This document shows positions 5,429-6,007 of a stretch of 6,007 bases of DNA, piece after piece. Position numbers and translations under genes: made by a program. Source of the stretch: a virus. Within the stretch, counting starts at the first letter, position 1. Each line of letters opens with the position of its first letter. Location: the IMG/VR virus record IMGVR_UViG_3300020030_000083, positions 1 through 6,007 of that record, one strand, 5' to 3'. A model generated the notes under the pieces. The model saw nothing but the letters and a program-made list of their open reading frames with translations. It did not search any database and was not told the DNA's origin.

Positions 5429-5749
5429 TTAAAGTTTTTCTATAAATTCAGAGCAAAAACGTTTCCAAGCAGCGGACTGATCGTTCCAAAAGTTAGGGCC
5501 TTCAGGCGTCTCAGTGAACAGAAACGCAGTGGTGACGAGGTGGCTCGGCTTGAAGCCGAAACCGTGAAGAGAGTGTCGAATGTGAGAACGCAGCCGATCG
5601 CGAAAACTCTTGTAGGGTGCGAAAGCGCGCTCGTAATTCGCCTCAAATGCGGAAAATATTCCTCGACGAACGAGCCACTCGGTGAATGCGTACTCTACAA
5701 CGTCAATCATTAAATCATTAATGCGGGAATTTTTGGTTAACTTTTTCAT
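5429..5749 (-). CDS. Hypothetical protein, 106 aa, first gene after the candidate promoter
   Basis: ATG at 5749..5747 and TAA at 5431..5429. It is on the same strand as all other genes. The track ORF 5440..5646 lies in its +1 frame, as shadow ORFs do. I recognise no family. Confidence 0.6.
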   Translation of the reverse strand: MKKLTKNSRINDLMIDVVEYAFTEWLVRRGIFSAFEANYERAFAPYKSFRDRLRSHIRHSLHGFGFKPSHLVTTAFLFTETPEGPNFWNDQSAAWKRFCSEFIEKL

Positions 5750-5775
5750 AACGATATGGTTATTGGTTTACAACG

Positions 5776-5806
5776 CAAAAATATGGCAAAAAAGGATAAC
5801 AGCAAA
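5776..5806 (-). promoter_or_regulatory. Candidate Bacteroides-type promoter (-33 TTTG / -7 TAnnTTTG)
   Basis: The minus strand reads TTTG (5806..5803), a 19-nt spacer (5802..5784), then TATTTTTG (5783..5776). This fits the Bacteroides consensus TTTG-N19-21-TAnnTTTG as I recall it. It lies in the 80-nt gap between the VP2 stop and the ORF106 ATG, 26 nt upstream of that ATG. It is the only complete bipartite match I found on this strand, and it is flanked by phased T-tracts. Confidence 0.5.
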
Positions 5807-5829
5807 GTTCAAAAAGTCGAAAGAAGTGT

Positions 5830-6007
5830 TCATTGTCTCTTAAAATAACTACGACGAGTGTGGGTCGCACCAATTTGATCGCCATCGGAACTATAGAATT
5901 CCCTCATCTCGTCATAACCTTCAGGACCTGCAGGGCCAGCAGCTTTGCGGCTAACATACGAGGCTCCTGCAATGCCTGCGGCAGTAGCAAAAGCCTTTGT
6001 AGCATCA
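5830..6007 (-). CDS. VP2: VP2 C-terminal end. 5887..6007 duplicates 1..121; 5830..5886 holds the last 18 codons plus the stop
   Basis: The same frame continues from position 1 (= 5887) into 5886..5833, giving DGDQIGATHTRRSYFKRQ, then TGA at 5832..5830. Confidence 0.85.
   Translation of the reverse strand, partial: DATKAFATAAGIAGASYVSRKAAGPAGPEGYDEMREFYSSDGDQIGATHTRRSYFKRQ
5887..6007. repeat. Terminal direct repeat copy 2 (circular-assembly overlap)
   Basis: Identical to 1..121. The window ends inside the duplicated segment. Confidence 0.97.

Larger units (their letters stand above)
1..5886 (-). other. One full unit of a circular Microviridae (ssDNA phage) genome, 5,886 nt. The coding/viral strand is the reverse complement of the given strand
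   Basis: There is a terminal 121-nt exact overlap (1..121 = 5887..6007). The gene set is VP1 + VP2 + VP4 (HUH Rep) plus small ORFs, all on one strand and tightly packed. An ORF reads seamlessly across the junction. Confidence 0.9.

Noticed and set aside
18-5646. Minus-strand hydrophobic Leu-rich ORFs (18..203, 285..590, 633..893, 1730..1921, 2903..3241, 3401..3649, 3800..4159, 5440..5646)
   Set aside because: Each one lies in the +1 frame of a real gene: its start offset from the real start is 1 mod 3. The real genes favour T-ending codons, so the +1 frame is enriched in NTN (Leu/Ile/Val/Phe) codons. These are shadow ORFs. The only one kept as a low-priority finding is 4690..4947, because of the adjacent T8 run.

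Overview
The window is a complete, circularly permuted genome of a small ssDNA phage of the family Microviridae, from a non-phiX174 lineage. The long VP1 and Bacteroidota-style expression signals suggest an Alpavirinae-like virus of a Bacteroidota host, but subfamily and host are inference. Bases 1-121 are identical to 5887-6007, so the true unit is a 5,886-nt circle. Every credible gene lies on the minus strand of the window, so the packaged, mRNA-sense viral strand is the reverse complement of the given sequence. Order along the minus strand: candidate promoter (5806-5776), ORF106 (5749-5429), ORF107 (5417-5094), a 136-nt structured non-coding region (5093-4958), ORF66 (4957-4757), VP4 rolling-circle Rep (4757-3687), VP1 major capsid protein (3683-1860), acidic ORF98 (1847-1551), a small lipobox/membrane protein (1528 or 1417 to 1226), and VP2 pilot/minor capsid protein (1224-1, continuing across the circular junction to TGA at 5832-5830; 426 aa). 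VP2 is missing from the supplied ORF track because it runs off the window edge. I saw no tRNA, rRNA, CRISPR array, integrase, transposase or recognisable lysis enzyme. The points most worth follow-up are: (1) a 65-nt three-way-junction element whose two hairpins are each capped by the very stable ssDNA mini-hairpin motif C(GAA)G, one reading GCGAAGC exactly, which is a candidate complementary-strand origin or terminator; (2) a small protein with a canonical lipobox (LASC), a candidate lysis or superinfection-exclusion factor in a phage group with no defined lysis gene; (3) a full match to the Bacteroides -33/-7 promoter consensus combined with no Shine-Dalgarno sequences; (4) two unrecognised ~106-aa ORFs directly downstream of that promoter. 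All homology statements come from motif recognition by eye. No searches or folding computations were run.
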